A stretch of 64,000 nucleotides of DNA, from NCBI GenBank assembly GCA_963798085.1, contig CAWCRS010000005.1, forward strand, positions 416,001 through 480,000. The letters are read 5' to 3'. The position numbers and the translations under genes were made by a program. Positions 32,887 through 43,531 of this stretch are shown one piece after another; position 1 is the first letter of the stretch; each line of letters starts with the position of its first letter. Source of the stretch: an uncultured Gemmatimonadales bacterium (GTDB lineage Bacteria; Gemmatimonadota; Gemmatimonadetes; Longimicrobiales; RSA9). Below the pieces are notes generated by a model that made no database searches, was not told the origin of the DNA, and worked only from the letters and a program-made list of their open reading frames with translations.

Positions 32887-33250
32887 TTGCACCGCCGAGC
32901 TGAGAGAGTGCCGCGGCTCGGCTGCAGGGCGCAACAACAGGTGATTCCCCGATCTGATCCAGGCGGCGTGGCGTGCTTCTGCAGGCAGCCGCCTGTTGTC
33001 TTTCTTCTTTCGTGCTGCGCGGTTTCGTCCCTTTTTTCAATCGCCTGAAGCCGAACGTGCTGCGGCCTGCCCGTCGCCCGCACCGACGCTCGCTATAACA
33101 GCCAGTTAGACGCACCGCCGGCCCCTGGCGTGGTGCCGGGCGGCCGGCGCGGTGCGGACAGTGTGACGACTGGCAGGGCAGGCGCGGCCAGCGTGGCGCG
33201 CAGCCCGGCAGCGGCGCTGGCATTCCTGCGCGGCGGGCGCGAAAGCCGGG

Positions 33251-33326
33251 GTAGGGGAATCCCCCAGACCGCAGGTGCGGGGGTGGGGGCGGGCCTGATT
33301 GTGGCCGCGGCGGCGGAAGTCAATCT
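33251..33326 (+). promoter_or_regulatory. Candidate regulator box and activator-dependent promoter of the hhySL operon
   Basis: Palindrome GGGGA-A-TCCCC at 33254-33264, then CCTGA-TTGTGG-16 bp-CAATCT; same spacing recurs at 50188-50231. Confidence 0.4.
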
Positions 33327-33417
33327 ATGAGGAGTCGGCAGGCGACACATTCGGCCCAGTGCCGCATTCCTGAAGTCGGGATCTGACCACGCGCAGCTCG
33401 GGAAGGAGGGATGTGCC

Positions 33418-34479
<1,062 letters not shown>

Positions 34480-34532
34480 CTCTTCGTTTACCTGCCGGCA
34501 GGGACGCGGACCGGCAAAAGGAGCTACGTCCA

Positions 34533-36323
34533 ATGAGCACGATGACCGCCCGGGATGCGACGACACGCGGCAGCTCGCGCAAGCTGGTCGAGATGAACTG
34601 GGATCCAATCACGCGCATTGTGGGCAGCCTGGGCATCTTCACCAAGATCGATTTCGAGAACCGGGAAGTGGCGGAGTGCCACAGCACCTCGTCGATCTTC
34701 CGCGGCTACAGCATTTTCATGAAGGGCAAGGATCCGCGCGACGCGCACTTCATCACGAGTCGCATCTGCGGCATCTGCGGCGACAATCACGCGACCTGCG
34801 CCATGTACGCACAGAACATGGCGTTCGGCGTGAAGCCGCCGCCGCTGGGCGAGTGGATCGTCAATCTGGGTGAGGCGGCCGAGTACATGTTCGACCACAA
34901 CATCTTCCAGGACAACCTGGTGGGGGTCGACTTCTGCGAACAGATGGTGAAGGCCACCAACCCGGGCGTGTGGGAAAAGGCGCAGAAGACGGAAGCGCCC
35001 AACGCGGCGCTGCACGGGCACCGCACCATCGCCGACATCATGACGGCGCTGAATCCGTTCACGGGCACGTTCTACCGCGAGACGCTGCACGTGAGCCGCT
35101 ACACGCGCGAGATGTTCTGTCTCATGGAAGGCCGGCACGTGCATCCCTCGACGCTCTATCCCGGCGGCGTCGGCACGGTGCCCACGGTGCAGCTCTTCAC
35201 CGACTACCTCGTCCGGCTGGCGCGCTACGCCGAATTCATGAAGAAGTGCGTGCCGCTGCACGATGACCTGTTCAACTTCTTCTACGATGCGCTGCCCGGT
35301 TACGAGAAGGTGGGATTGCGGCGCACGCTGCTGGGATGCTGGGGCTCGTTCAACGATCCCGACGCCTGCGACTACACCTACAGGAACATGTCGAGCTGGG
35401 GCGACAGGATGTACGTGACGCCGGGTGTGGTGGTGGACGGCAAGCTGGTGACGCACGACCTGGTGGACATCAACCTGGGCATCCGCATTCTGCTGGGGCA
35501 CTCATTCTACGATGACTGGGACCGGTCGGAGCGGTTCGTGGCGACCGATCCGCTGGGCAACGCGGTGGACCAGCGGCATCCCTGGAATCAGACGACGCTC
35601 CCGAAGCCCCAGAAGCGCGACTTCGACGGCGCCTACAGCTGGACCATGTCGCCGCGCTGGTTCGACGGCAAGGACCACCTGGCGCTGGACACGGGCGGCG
35701 GTCCCATTGCCCGCCTCTGGGCGACGGCACTGGCAGGCATCGTGGACAACGGCTACGTAAAGTCCACGGGCAGCAGCGTGAAGATGTATCTGCCGAAGAC
35801 GGCCACACTGCCGGACGCGGAATTCGAGTGGAAGATCCCGCAGTGGAGCAACGCCATCGAGCGCGATCGTGCGCGCACCTATTTCCAGGTCTATGCCGCC
35901 GCGTGCGCCTACTATTTCGTGGAGAAGGCGCTGGCCGAACTGCACGCGGGCCGCACGCGCACATGGAGCGAGTTCGAAGTGCCGCAGGAAGCGGTTGCCT
36001 GCGGTTTCCACGAAGCGGTGCGTGGCGTGCTCTCGCATCACGTGGTGATTCGTGATGGCAAGATCGCGAACTACCATCCGTATCCGCCCACGCCGTGGAA
36101 CGGCAGCGTGCGCGATGTCTACGGCACACCGGGTCCGTACGAGGATGCGGTGCAGAACACGCCCATCTTCGAGGAGAACGGACCGGACACGTTCAAGGGC
36201 ATCGACATCATGCGCGCGGTGCGCAGCTTCGATCCCTGCCTGCCCTGCGGCGTGCACATGTACCTGGGCAACGGCAAGGTGCTGCAGACGCACCACTCCT
36301 CGATGTTCGGCCTGCATTCCTGA
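34533..36323 (+). CDS. hhyL: Group 1h [NiFe]-hydrogenase large subunit
   Basis: WDPITRIVGSLG, L1 motif TSRICGICGDNH, L2 motif SFDPCLPCGVH plus a cleavable C-terminal extension. Confidence 0.96.
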   Translation: MSTMTARDATTRGSSRKLVEMNWDPITRIVGSLGIFTKIDFENREVAECHSTSSIFRGYSIFMKGKDPRDAHFITSRICGICGDNHATCAMYAQNMAFGVKPPPLGEWIVNLGEAAEYMFDHNIFQDNLVGVDFCEQMVKATNPGVWEKAQKTEAPNAALHGHRTIADIMTALNPFTGTFYRETLHVSRYTREMFCLMEGRHVHPSTLYPGGVGTVPTVQLFTDYLVRLARYAEFMKKCVPLHDDLFNFFYDALPGYEKVGLRRTLLGCWGSFNDPDACDYTYRNMSSWGDRMYVTPGVVVDGKLVTHDLVDINLGIRILLGHSFYDDWDRSERFVATDPLGNAVDQRHPWNQTTLPKPQKRDFDGAYSWTMSPRWFDGKDHLALDTGGGPIARLWATALAGIVDNGYVKSTGSSVKMYLPKTATLPDAEFEWKIPQWSNAIERDRARTYFQVYAAACAYYFVEKALAELHAGRTRTWSEFEVPQEAVACGFHEAVRGVLSHHVVIRDGKIANYHPYPPTPWNGSVRDVYGTPGPYEDAVQNTPIFEENGPDTFKGIDIMRAVRSFDPCLPCGVHMYLGNGKVLQTHHSSMFGLHS

Positions 36324-36970
36324 TGGCCGCCACGAGCGAGTTCGAGCAGCACATCCAGCGCATCGATCAACTGGTCGGTGCGCTGGAAGCAGCGCCCGAT
36401 TCGGCGGTACGCACGTCGGCGCGCGAACTGGTGCAGCGCATCATGGAGCTGCACGGCGCCGGACTGGAGCGACTGCTCACAGTGGTGCACGAAGCGGGGG
36501 CCGCAGGCGGCTCCATGATCGAGAATCTCGCGCGTGATCCGCTGGTCAGCAGCCTGCTGCTGCTCTACGGCCTGCACCCTGTGGATCTGCCCACGCGGGT
36601 GCAGCAGGCGCTGGAGACGTCGCGGCCGTACCTGCGCTCGCACGGCGGCAACGTCGAGCTGGTGTCGGTCGATGCGGCGGGCACGGTGCGACTGCGCATG
36701 GAAGGCAGCTGTCACGGCTGCCCATCCTCCGCGCTCACGCTGAAACTGGCCATCGAGCAGGCCATCCGGGAAGCGGCGCCGGATGTGCTGGCGATCGAGG
36801 TGGAAGGCGAAACTTCACAACCGCCGCAGCCTGCGCCGCTGCCTGAACATCTCGTACCGCTGGGGTACAGCGGGCGCAACGGTACGGTGAACACAGGCGC
36901 CGGACAACGCTCCGGCAACGGGACGGGAGACGTCGCCTGCACTACGGCGGACGCCGTGTCACCAGCTTGA
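36323..36970 (+). CDS. NifU/NfuA-like Fe-S protein of group 1h clusters
   Basis: RPYLRSHGGNVEL..GSCHGCPSS..TLK NifU C-terminal motif; TGATG overlap with hhyL. Confidence 0.9.
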   Translation: MAATSEFEQHIQRIDQLVGALEAAPDSAVRTSARELVQRIMELHGAGLERLLTVVHEAGAAGGSMIENLARDPLVSSLLLLYGLHPVDLPTRVQQALETSRPYLRSHGGNVELVSVDAAGTVRLRMEGSCHGCPSSALTLKLAIEQAIREAAPDVLAIEVEGETSQPPQPAPLPEHLVPLGYSGRNGTVNTGAGQRSGNGTGDVACTTADAVSPA

Positions 36971-37629
36971 CCGTGGCGCGCGCACCACTCCAGACGGGCG
37001 ATGCGGCGTTCGCCAATCTGCGCCGTTTCGTGCAACGGCGTGCGCCCGAAGAGCGTTGCGACATGTGCGCGCGCAGCATCGCCGCGGAGCACGATCACCT
37101 GATCGAGCTGAAGACGCGGCAGCTGTCCTGCGCGTGTCCGGCCTGCGCGGTGCTGTTCAGCGGCCAGACGGGGATGCGGCACAAGCGCGTGCCGCGGCGG
37201 GTGCGTCTGCTCGAGGATTTCCGGATGAGCGACGCGCAGTGGGACGGCCTGCGCATCCCCATCAACCTCGCCTTCTTCTTTCACAGCAGCACGGAAGGCC
37301 GCACGCTGGTCTTCTATCCCAGCCCGGCCGGTCCCACGGAGTCGCTGCTGCCGCTGGACACGTGGCAGGACGTGGTGCGTGATAACGACGTGTTACAGGA
37401 TGCGCAGACCGACGTCGAGGCGCTGCTCGTGAACCGTTCGGCACACGCGCGCGGCGCGGGTCCGGCCGAGTACTATCTGCTGGGCATCGACGAGTGCTAC
37501 CGCCTGGTGGGTCTGATCCGCGCGCGCTGGAAGGGTCTGCACGGAGGCAGCGAGGTGTGGCAGTCGATCGGCGACTTCTTCGACGAGCTGCGGCGTCGTG
37601 CGCGGGCCGGCGGGGGACATCGTGCCTGA
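36967..37629 (+). CDS. Conserved group 1h hydrogenase accessory protein (DUF5947-like, Cys-rich)
   Basis: CDMC..H..CACPAC, YPSPAGPTESLL, IDECYRLVGLIR; family name from memory. Confidence 0.75.
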   Translation: MTVARAPLQTGDAAFANLRRFVQRRAPEERCDMCARSIAAEHDHLIELKTRQLSCACPACAVLFSGQTGMRHKRVPRRVRLLEDFRMSDAQWDGLRIPINLAFFFHSSTEGRTLVFYPSPAGPTESLLPLDTWQDVVRDNDVLQDAQTDVEALLVNRSAHARGAGPAEYYLLGIDECYRLVGLIRARWKGLHGGSEVWQSIGDFFDELRRRARAGGGHRA

Positions 37630-38272
37630 CCTGAGCTTCGAAATCGAGGGCGTGGAAGCCGTGCGCTTCGCGGTCACGCCGCAGCTCACATTCCAGATGG
37701 GCGTCAGCAACAGCGTGCCGGACGAAGCGGTGGCGACCGTCGTGCTGCGCTGCCAGATCCAGATCGAGGTGGCACGTCGGCGCTACGGCAGCGCGGAGGA
37801 GGAGCGGTTGCGCGACCTGTTCGGCGAGCCTGCTCGCTGGAGCCAGACGCTGCGCACCATGCTGTGGACACACGTCAATGTGGTGGTGAGTCCCTTCACC
37901 GCGCACACCACCGTGGCAGTGCCCGTGCCGTGCACTTACGACTTCAATGTCGCTGCCACCAAGTACTTCTATGGCCTGACGGAGGGCGAGATCCCGCTCT
38001 CGTTCCTGTTCAGCGGCACGGTGTTCTACGAAGTCGGAGAGGGCGGTCTCATGGCGGCGCCGATCTCGTGGGACAAGGAAGCGCGCTTCCGGCTGCCCGT
38101 GCAGACGTGGCAGGAGCTGATGGACGCCTATTACCCTAACACGGCGTGGCTGCAGCTGCGGCGCGATGTGTTCGACCGGCTGTACCAGTACAAGGTGAAA
38201 CGGGGCATTCCGACGTGGGAGCAGGCGCTGGAGAACATCCTGCCCCCGGCGGAAGATGCGGTGCAGCAATGA
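37622..38272 (+). CDS. Conserved group 1h hydrogenase accessory protein (DUF6084-like)
   Basis: LRCQIQIE..RRY..LRDLFGEP.RW, PCTYDF, YYPNTAWL; family name from memory. Confidence 0.75.
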   Translation: MPDLSFEIEGVEAVRFAVTPQLTFQMGVSNSVPDEAVATVVLRCQIQIEVARRRYGSAEEERLRDLFGEPARWSQTLRTMLWTHVNVVVSPFTAHTTVAVPVPCTYDFNVAATKYFYGLTEGEIPLSFLFSGTVFYEVGEGGLMAAPISWDKEARFRLPVQTWQELMDAYYPNTAWLQLRRDVFDRLYQYKVKRGIPTWEQALENILPPAEDAVQQ

Positions 38273-39315
38273 GAGAGAGCGAGGTCGAGCGGGTGGCGGC
38301 GGCGCTGCTGTACGAGGGCTACATGCTGTATCCGTACCGGCCCTCAGCCGTGAAGAACCGGCAGCGTTTCAATTTCGGCGTGCTCTATCCCGAAGCATGG
38401 TGTCAGGGACGGCCGGGCTCGGACTCGTGGTACCTGCAGGCAGAGTTCCTGGTGACGGGCGCGGCCACTGCGCAGCTCGATGTGCGACTGCGCTTCCTGC
38501 AGCTCGTCGACCGCCAGGTGGCCGAGGTACTCGAGCCGGTCGCGGAGCTGGCGCCTGCGACAACGTACCAGCCGGTCCCGGCGCTGGCGGTGGAGGGGCG
38601 CACCTACTCGAGCTGGCAGGAAGCCACCGAGCGCGAGGTGGTGGTGTCCTGCCCGGTGATGGCACTCAGCGCGCCCGGCTTCGAGCATTCGTTCCAGGAG
38701 CCGGCCGGCGAGCAGATCGAGCCGCTGCGCACGGCTTCGGGACTCGTGGCCGGGGTGTGCCTCCGCCGGCGCGCGGCTCTGCACGGCGCGCTGCAGGCGT
38801 CTGGGATGATATGCGGTGACGACGTCGCGCGCGTCACGGTGCGCGTCGTGAACCAGGCGCTAACCGACGGTTCGAACGAGCGCGGTGCGGCCCTGATGCA
38901 GTCGCTGGTCTCGGCACACCTGATCGCGCGGGTGCGGGATGGCGCGTTCTGCTCACTGCTGGACCCGCCGCCCGAGTTGCGCGCGGCCGCGAGCGCCTGC
39001 CGCCAACACAGTGTGTGGCCGGTACTGGCGGGCGAAGAGGGAACGCACGACACGCTGCTCTGCTCACCCATCGTCGTCTACGATTATCCGCGTCTTGCGC
39101 CGGAGAGCCGGGGCGACTTCTTCGACGGCACGGAGATCGACGAGATGCTGTCGCTGCGCGTGCTGACGCTGACGGACGCGGAGAAGCTGGAGATGGCGCA
39201 GGCCGATGAGCTGACGCGTCGTCTGCTGGAGCGCACGGAGGCGATGGGCGAAGCCGAGCTGATGAGCCTGCATGGCACCCTGCGCGACATGCGCCGACCT
39301 GGAGCTGCGCGATGA
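38269..39315 (+). CDS. Conserved group 1h hydrogenase accessory protein of unknown function
   Basis: LLYEGYMLYPYRPSA.KN and SPIVVYDYP..APES.GDFFDGTEIDEML; coupled overlaps on both sides. Confidence 0.8.
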   Translation: MRESEVERVAAALLYEGYMLYPYRPSAVKNRQRFNFGVLYPEAWCQGRPGSDSWYLQAEFLVTGAATAQLDVRLRFLQLVDRQVAEVLEPVAELAPATTYQPVPALAVEGRTYSSWQEATEREVVVSCPVMALSAPGFEHSFQEPAGEQIEPLRTASGLVAGVCLRRRAALHGALQASGMICGDDVARVTVRVVNQALTDGSNERGAALMQSLVSAHLIARVRDGAFCSLLDPPPELRAAASACRQHSVWPVLAGEEGTHDTLLCSPIVVYDYPRLAPESRGDFFDGTEIDEMLSLRVLTLTDAEKLEMAQADELTRRLLERTEAMGEAELMSLHGTLRDMRRPGAAR

Positions 39316-40154
39316 GCGCGTCGCGTCACGACCCGCTGGAGCCGCACGCACTGGAGTTCCTGCGCGTCACGGAGGCAGTGCTGCGCGCGGGTGACCCGGT
39401 GCGCATCCTGCCGCGCGCGGGTGGCGACGTGTTCGATCTCGCGCTGGCGGGCAAGGCAGGCATCATCGAATCCATCGAAACGGATTTCGAAGGCCGGCTG
39501 CACTGTGCCGTGGTGCTGGACGATGACCCCGGCAGCGACCTGGGCATGGCGCGCATGCCTGCGCACCGGTTCTTCTTCGCGCCCGATGAGCTGGAGCGTC
39601 TGGCGCAACGCGCGCCGCGCAGCGTGCCGGCGGCGAGCGGTACGCTGCTGATCGCCGGCATCGGCAACATCTTCCTGGGCGATGATGCGTTCGGCGTGGC
39701 CGTAGTGCGCCGTCTGTTCAGCCGACCGTTGCCGGAGAACGTGACGTTAGTCGACTACGGGATTCGCGGCTTCGATCTGGCGTGCGCGCTGGTACGCGGC
39801 TACGACCGCACGATCCTGGTCGATGCGTGTCCACGCGGTGAAGCGCCGGGAACGCTGTACGTGATGGAGCCCGACCTGACGGCACTGGATGCGGCTGCCG
39901 ACGCCGCGGCCGTCGTGGACGGACACAGCATGAATCCGCTGAACGTGCTGCGTCTGGCGCGCACCCTGGGCGGACCGCTGAACCCGGTACTGCTGGTGGG
40001 TTGCGAGCCCGAGTCGCTGGGACCGGAGGAAGGCCTGATCGGCCTGAGCAAACCGGTGGAGGCGGCGGTGGAGCAGGCCGTGCCCCTGATCGAGTCATTG
40101 ATTGCCGAGTTCCTGGAGCAGCAGACCGCGGTCAGCGATCGAACCACATCCTGA
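39312..40154 (+). CDS. Hydrogenase maturation endopeptidase (HyaD/HupD family) with an extra ~100 aa N-terminal domain
   Basis: AGIGNIFLGDDAFGV, DYGIRG, LVDA, GHSM, VGCEP. Confidence 0.92.
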   Translation: MSASRHDPLEPHALEFLRVTEAVLRAGDPVRILPRAGGDVFDLALAGKAGIIESIETDFEGRLHCAVVLDDDPGSDLGMARMPAHRFFFAPDELERLAQRAPRSVPAASGTLLIAGIGNIFLGDDAFGVAVVRRLFSRPLPENVTLVDYGIRGFDLACALVRGYDRTILVDACPRGEAPGTLYVMEPDLTALDAAADAAAVVDGHSMNPLNVLRLARTLGGPLNPVLLVGCEPESLGPEEGLIGLSKPVEAAVEQAVPLIESLIAEFLEQQTAVSDRTTS

Positions 40155-40169
40155 GAGAGGTGAAATCAC

Positions 40170-40382
40170 ATGAGGGATCGGATCGAGGTATCGGAGAACA
40201 CGGGTGCGGCGGACCGGGACACGCTGCTCCTGTTCGGCGGTCTGGCGCTCATCGTCATGGGTGCGGGCATGATCCTGTCCAACGCAACGGTGCGGCGTCA
40301 GCTGGGCCAGTTCGGAGCCGGCAATCTGCTGCAGGCGGGCCTGCCTGATTTCCAGCGGTACCTGAAGCTGAGGTCAATGTGA
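40170..40382 (+). CDS. Small single-transmembrane protein
   Basis: 70 aa; GAGGTGA SD; hydrophobic LLLFGGLALIVMGAGMIL; ends PDFQRYLKLRSM. Confidence 0.75.
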   Translation: MRDRIEVSENTGAADRDTLLLFGGLALIVMGAGMILSNATVRRQLGQFGAGNLLQAGLPDFQRYLKLRSM

Positions 40383-40972
40383 TCCTGCAGTCCGCGCGAG
40401 CCCTGTTCGACAGAGAGACCCACGTGACACAGTACGTCATCGATGCGGGAGTCAGCCGGTTCACCGTGCGCGCCTTTGCCGCGGGCATGCTGTCGGCACT
40501 GGGCCACAATCCGACGTTCGCGGTGCGCGATCTGAAGGGCGAACTGGAGTTCGACGAACAGAATCCTGCCGCTTCGTCGATGCGGCTGGTGGTGCGCGCC
40601 TCGTCGCTGGAGCTGCAGGACAACATGAGCGAGAAGGACCGGCGCGAGATTCTGCGGACGTTGAACGAGGACGTACTGGAAACGGCGCGTTATCCCGACA
40701 TCGTGTACGAGTGCCGCAGCGTGACGGTGCAGCGGAGCGATGGGCCGCTGGACCTTCTGCTGGACGGTGAGCTGAGCCTGCACGGGGTCACGCGACGGCA
40801 GGCGATTCCCGTGCGCATTTCGGTGATGGGCAGCCTGCTGCGCGCGTTCGGCGAGTTCACGCTGCGGCAGACCGACTATGGCATCAGGCTGGTGGCGGTC
40901 GCGGGCCGGATGCTGCAGGTGAAGGATGAGCTGAAGTTCTCGTTCGAGCTGGTAGCGCGCGCAGCGGCCTGA
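40379..40972 (+). CDS. YceI-family (lipid/polyisoprenoid-binding) protein
   Basis: LETARYPDIVY, GELSLHGVTR, TLRQTDYGI; start may instead be the GTG near 40423. Confidence 0.85.
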   Translation: MILQSARALFDRETHVTQYVIDAGVSRFTVRAFAAGMLSALGHNPTFAVRDLKGELEFDEQNPAASSMRLVVRASSLELQDNMSEKDRREILRTLNEDVLETARYPDIVYECRSVTVQRSDGPLDLLLDGELSLHGVTRRQAIPVRISVMGSLLRAFGEFTLRQTDYGIRLVAVAGRMLQVKDELKFSFELVARAAA

Positions 40973-41019
40973 CGTCAGCGGCACTGCGCGCACCGGTTCA
41001 CTGCAGGAGCATCCCAACC

Positions 41020-41343
41020 ATGTGCCTCGCCATACCCGGCAAGATCGTGGAGCTGGCCGCGGGTGACGTTCCGCTCGCGCTGGTCGAGGTGGCGGGTGTG
41101 CGCCGCCGCGTCGACCTCGCTCTGCTGGCGGACGATCCGCCCGTGCTGGGCGACTGGGTGCTGATCCACGTCGGATTCGCCATGAGCAGGATCAGCGAGG
41201 CGGCGGCGCAGGAACAGATGCGGATGCTGGCGCTGCTGGGCGAGGACGAGGCTGCCATGCAGGAGGTGCGCGGCTACGGCCTGCACAATGGCGATGCGGG
41301 CGATACGCGCGGCACGGAGACATCCAATGAAATTCGTCGATGA
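41020..41343 (+). CDS. hypC: Hydrogenase maturation chaperone HypC
   Basis: MCLAIPGKIV and GDWVLIHVGFAM. Confidence 0.96.
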   Translation: MCLAIPGKIVELAAGDVPLALVEVAGVRRRVDLALLADDPPVLGDWVLIHVGFAMSRISEAAAQEQMRMLALLGEDEAAMQEVRGYGLHNGDAGDTRGTETSNEIRR

Positions 41344-42456
41344 GTTCCGCGACCCCGGGATCATTGCCAGGACGCGGGAAGAGATTCGTCGTCTGGCGGA
41401 TCCGGGCCGGCACTACCGCCTCATGGAGGTGTGCGGCGGGCACACGCACGCCATCTACCGTTTCGGGCTGAAGGACCTGCTGCCGGCGAACATCGAGTTG
41501 ATCCACGGCCCGGGGTGTCCGGTGTGCGTCCTGCCCATGGGCCGCATCGACGATGGGCTGGCGCTGGCCGACGAGCCGCATTTCGTGTTCACGGCGTTCG
41601 GCGACATGATGCGCGTGCCGGGCACGCAGGGCAGCCCGCTGGCGCACAAGGCCATGGGCAAGGATGTGCGCATCGTGTATTCGCCGGCGGACGCGCTCAA
41701 GCTGGCGCAGCGCAATCCCGACCGGCACGTGATGTTCTTCGCCATCGGCTTCGAGACCACGGCGCCGTCCACCGCCCTCACGCTGATGCGCGCGAAGCAG
41801 CTGGGCGTGCACAACTTCTCGGTGTTCTGCAACCACGTGACGATCATCCCGGCCATCCGTGCGATCCTGGATTCGCCGGACATGCGGCTGGACGCCTTCA
41901 TCGGGCCGGGTCACGTTTCGACGGTGATCGGCTGCCGCCCGTACGAGTGGATCGCGCAGGACGCAGGGCAAGCCCATCGTCGTCTCGGGCTTCGAGCCAC
42001 TGGACATGCTGCAGTCGATGGTCATGCTGCTGCGCCAGCTGCGTGACGGTGAAGCGAAGGTGGAGAACCAGTACGACCGCGTGGTGCCGTGGGAAGGGAA
42101 CCGCGCGGCGCTGCAGGCGATGGCGGAAGTCTTCGAGCTGCGCCCGTACTTCGAATGGCGGGGTCTCGGCTTCATCTCGCAATCGGCTCTGCGCATCAGC
42201 GAGCGCTACGCGGAGTACGACGCCGAGCGGCTCTTCGACGTGCCGGGCGTACGGGTGACCGACCCCAAGGCGGCGCAGTGCGGCGAGGTGCTCAAGGGCG
42301 TGCTGAAGCCGGTGCAATGCAAGCTGTTCGGCCGCGAGTGCACGCCGGAGCACCCGGTCGGCGCACTGATGGTTTCCTCGGAAGGCTCATGCGCAGCCTA
42401 CTACAACTACGAACACCGGAAGACGGAATCGAGCGCGGCACTGGTCACCGGCGTGA
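41327..42456 (+). CDS. hypD: Hydrogenase maturation protein HypD (indel near 41965; 3' end uncertain)
   Basis: MEVCGGHTH, GPGCPVC, GFETT, GPGHVS, C-terminal CGEVLKG..C.LFG.ECTP..MVSSEGSCAAYY. Confidence 0.95.
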
Positions 42457-43518
42457 ATGGGGACGCGGTCACAGCCGCGATTCCGCCGCTCCGCTTTCGT
42501 GATCCCGGCATCGAGATGGCGCACGGCGCGGGCGGCAAGGCCAGCCGGCGGCTGGTCGAGGGTCTGTTTGCGCCGCTGCTGCTGTCGGGCAGCGGCGCAG
42601 CGCTCGGCGATGCCGCGCGACGTGACGGTGGACGGCACCCGGATGGCGTTGACCACCGACAGCTTCGTGGTGACGCCGCTGCGTTTCCCCGGCGGCTCGA
42701 TCGGCGAGCTGGCCGTCAACGGCACCGTGAACGATCTCGCGGTGTCGGGCGCACGCGCGATCGCGCTGGTCACGACCTTCGTGCTCGAGGCGGGACTGCC
42801 CACGAGGAGCTGGAGGCAGAGGTGCGCGCGATGGCGGCCGCGGCCCGCGCGCGCGGGCGTCGCGATCGTGGGCGGCGACACAAGGTGGTGGAGCACGGCA
42901 AGGCCGACCGGATGTACATCACCACCACCGGCATTGGGCGGCACCATCCCGGGCGTCAGCGCTGGACGCGCGCTCGGTGCGCGCCGGGCGACAAGGTGCT
43001 GCTCTCCGGGCCCGATCGGCGATCACGGGATCACCATTCTGCTGGCGCGCGGGGAACTGGACCTGGAGGCGGACCTGCGCTCGGACACGCGCTCGGTTTT
43101 GCCGCTGGTGGAGGCGCTGGCGGCGGCGGCCGGCGCCGGGCACTTCGCTGGATGCGGGATCCCACCCGCGGCGGCGTGGCGACGTCGCTCAACGAACTGG
43201 CGCGCGACTGCGGCCTGGCGGTGGCATCTCGTCGAGGAGCAGATCCCGATGCGCGACGAGGTGCGCGGCGCCTGCGAGCTGCTCGGGCTGGACCCGCTGC
43301 ACATCGCCAACGAAGGCCAGTTCCTGGCGGTGGTGGCGGCCGGATGCGCGGATGCGGCGCTGGCGGCGCTGCAGCGCGACGCCGGGCGGCGAGGAGGCGC
43401 GCATCATCGGCGAGGTGCGGGACGCAGCCCGCCGCCACGGTGCTGGTGCGACACGCGCTACGGCGGAAGCCGCATCGTGGACATGCTGGTGGGCGATCCG
43501 CTGCCGCGCATCTGTTAG
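42457..43518 (+). CDS. hypE: Hydrogenase maturation protein HypE (multiple apparent indels)
   Basis: MAHGAGGKAS, TTDSFVV.P..FPGGSIGELAVNGTVNDLA, MRDPTRGGV, ANEG, C-terminal LPRIC. Confidence 0.93.
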   Translation: MGTRSQPRFRRSAFVIPASRWRTARAARPAGGWSRVCLRRCCCRAAAQRSAMPRDVTVDGTRMALTTDSFVVTPLRFPGGSIGELAVNGTVNDLAVSGARAIALVTTFVLEAGLPTRSWRQRCARWRPRPARAGVAIVGGDTRWWSTARPTGCTSPPPALGGTIPGVSAGRALGARRATRCCSPGPIGDHGITILLARGELDLEADLRSDTRSVLPLVEALAAAAGAGHFAGCGIPPAAAWRRRSTNWRATAAWRWHLVEEQIPMRDEVRGACELLGLDPLHIANEGQFLAVVAAGCADAALAALQRDAGRRGGAHHRRGAGRSPPPRCWCDTRYGGSRIVDMLVGDPLPRIC

Positions 43519-43531
43519 CGGACAGCATGGG

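Noticed and set aside
34533..36323. Selenocysteine ([NiFeSe]) hydrogenase
   Set aside because: All four L1/L2 ligands are ordinary Cys codons and there is no in-frame TGA
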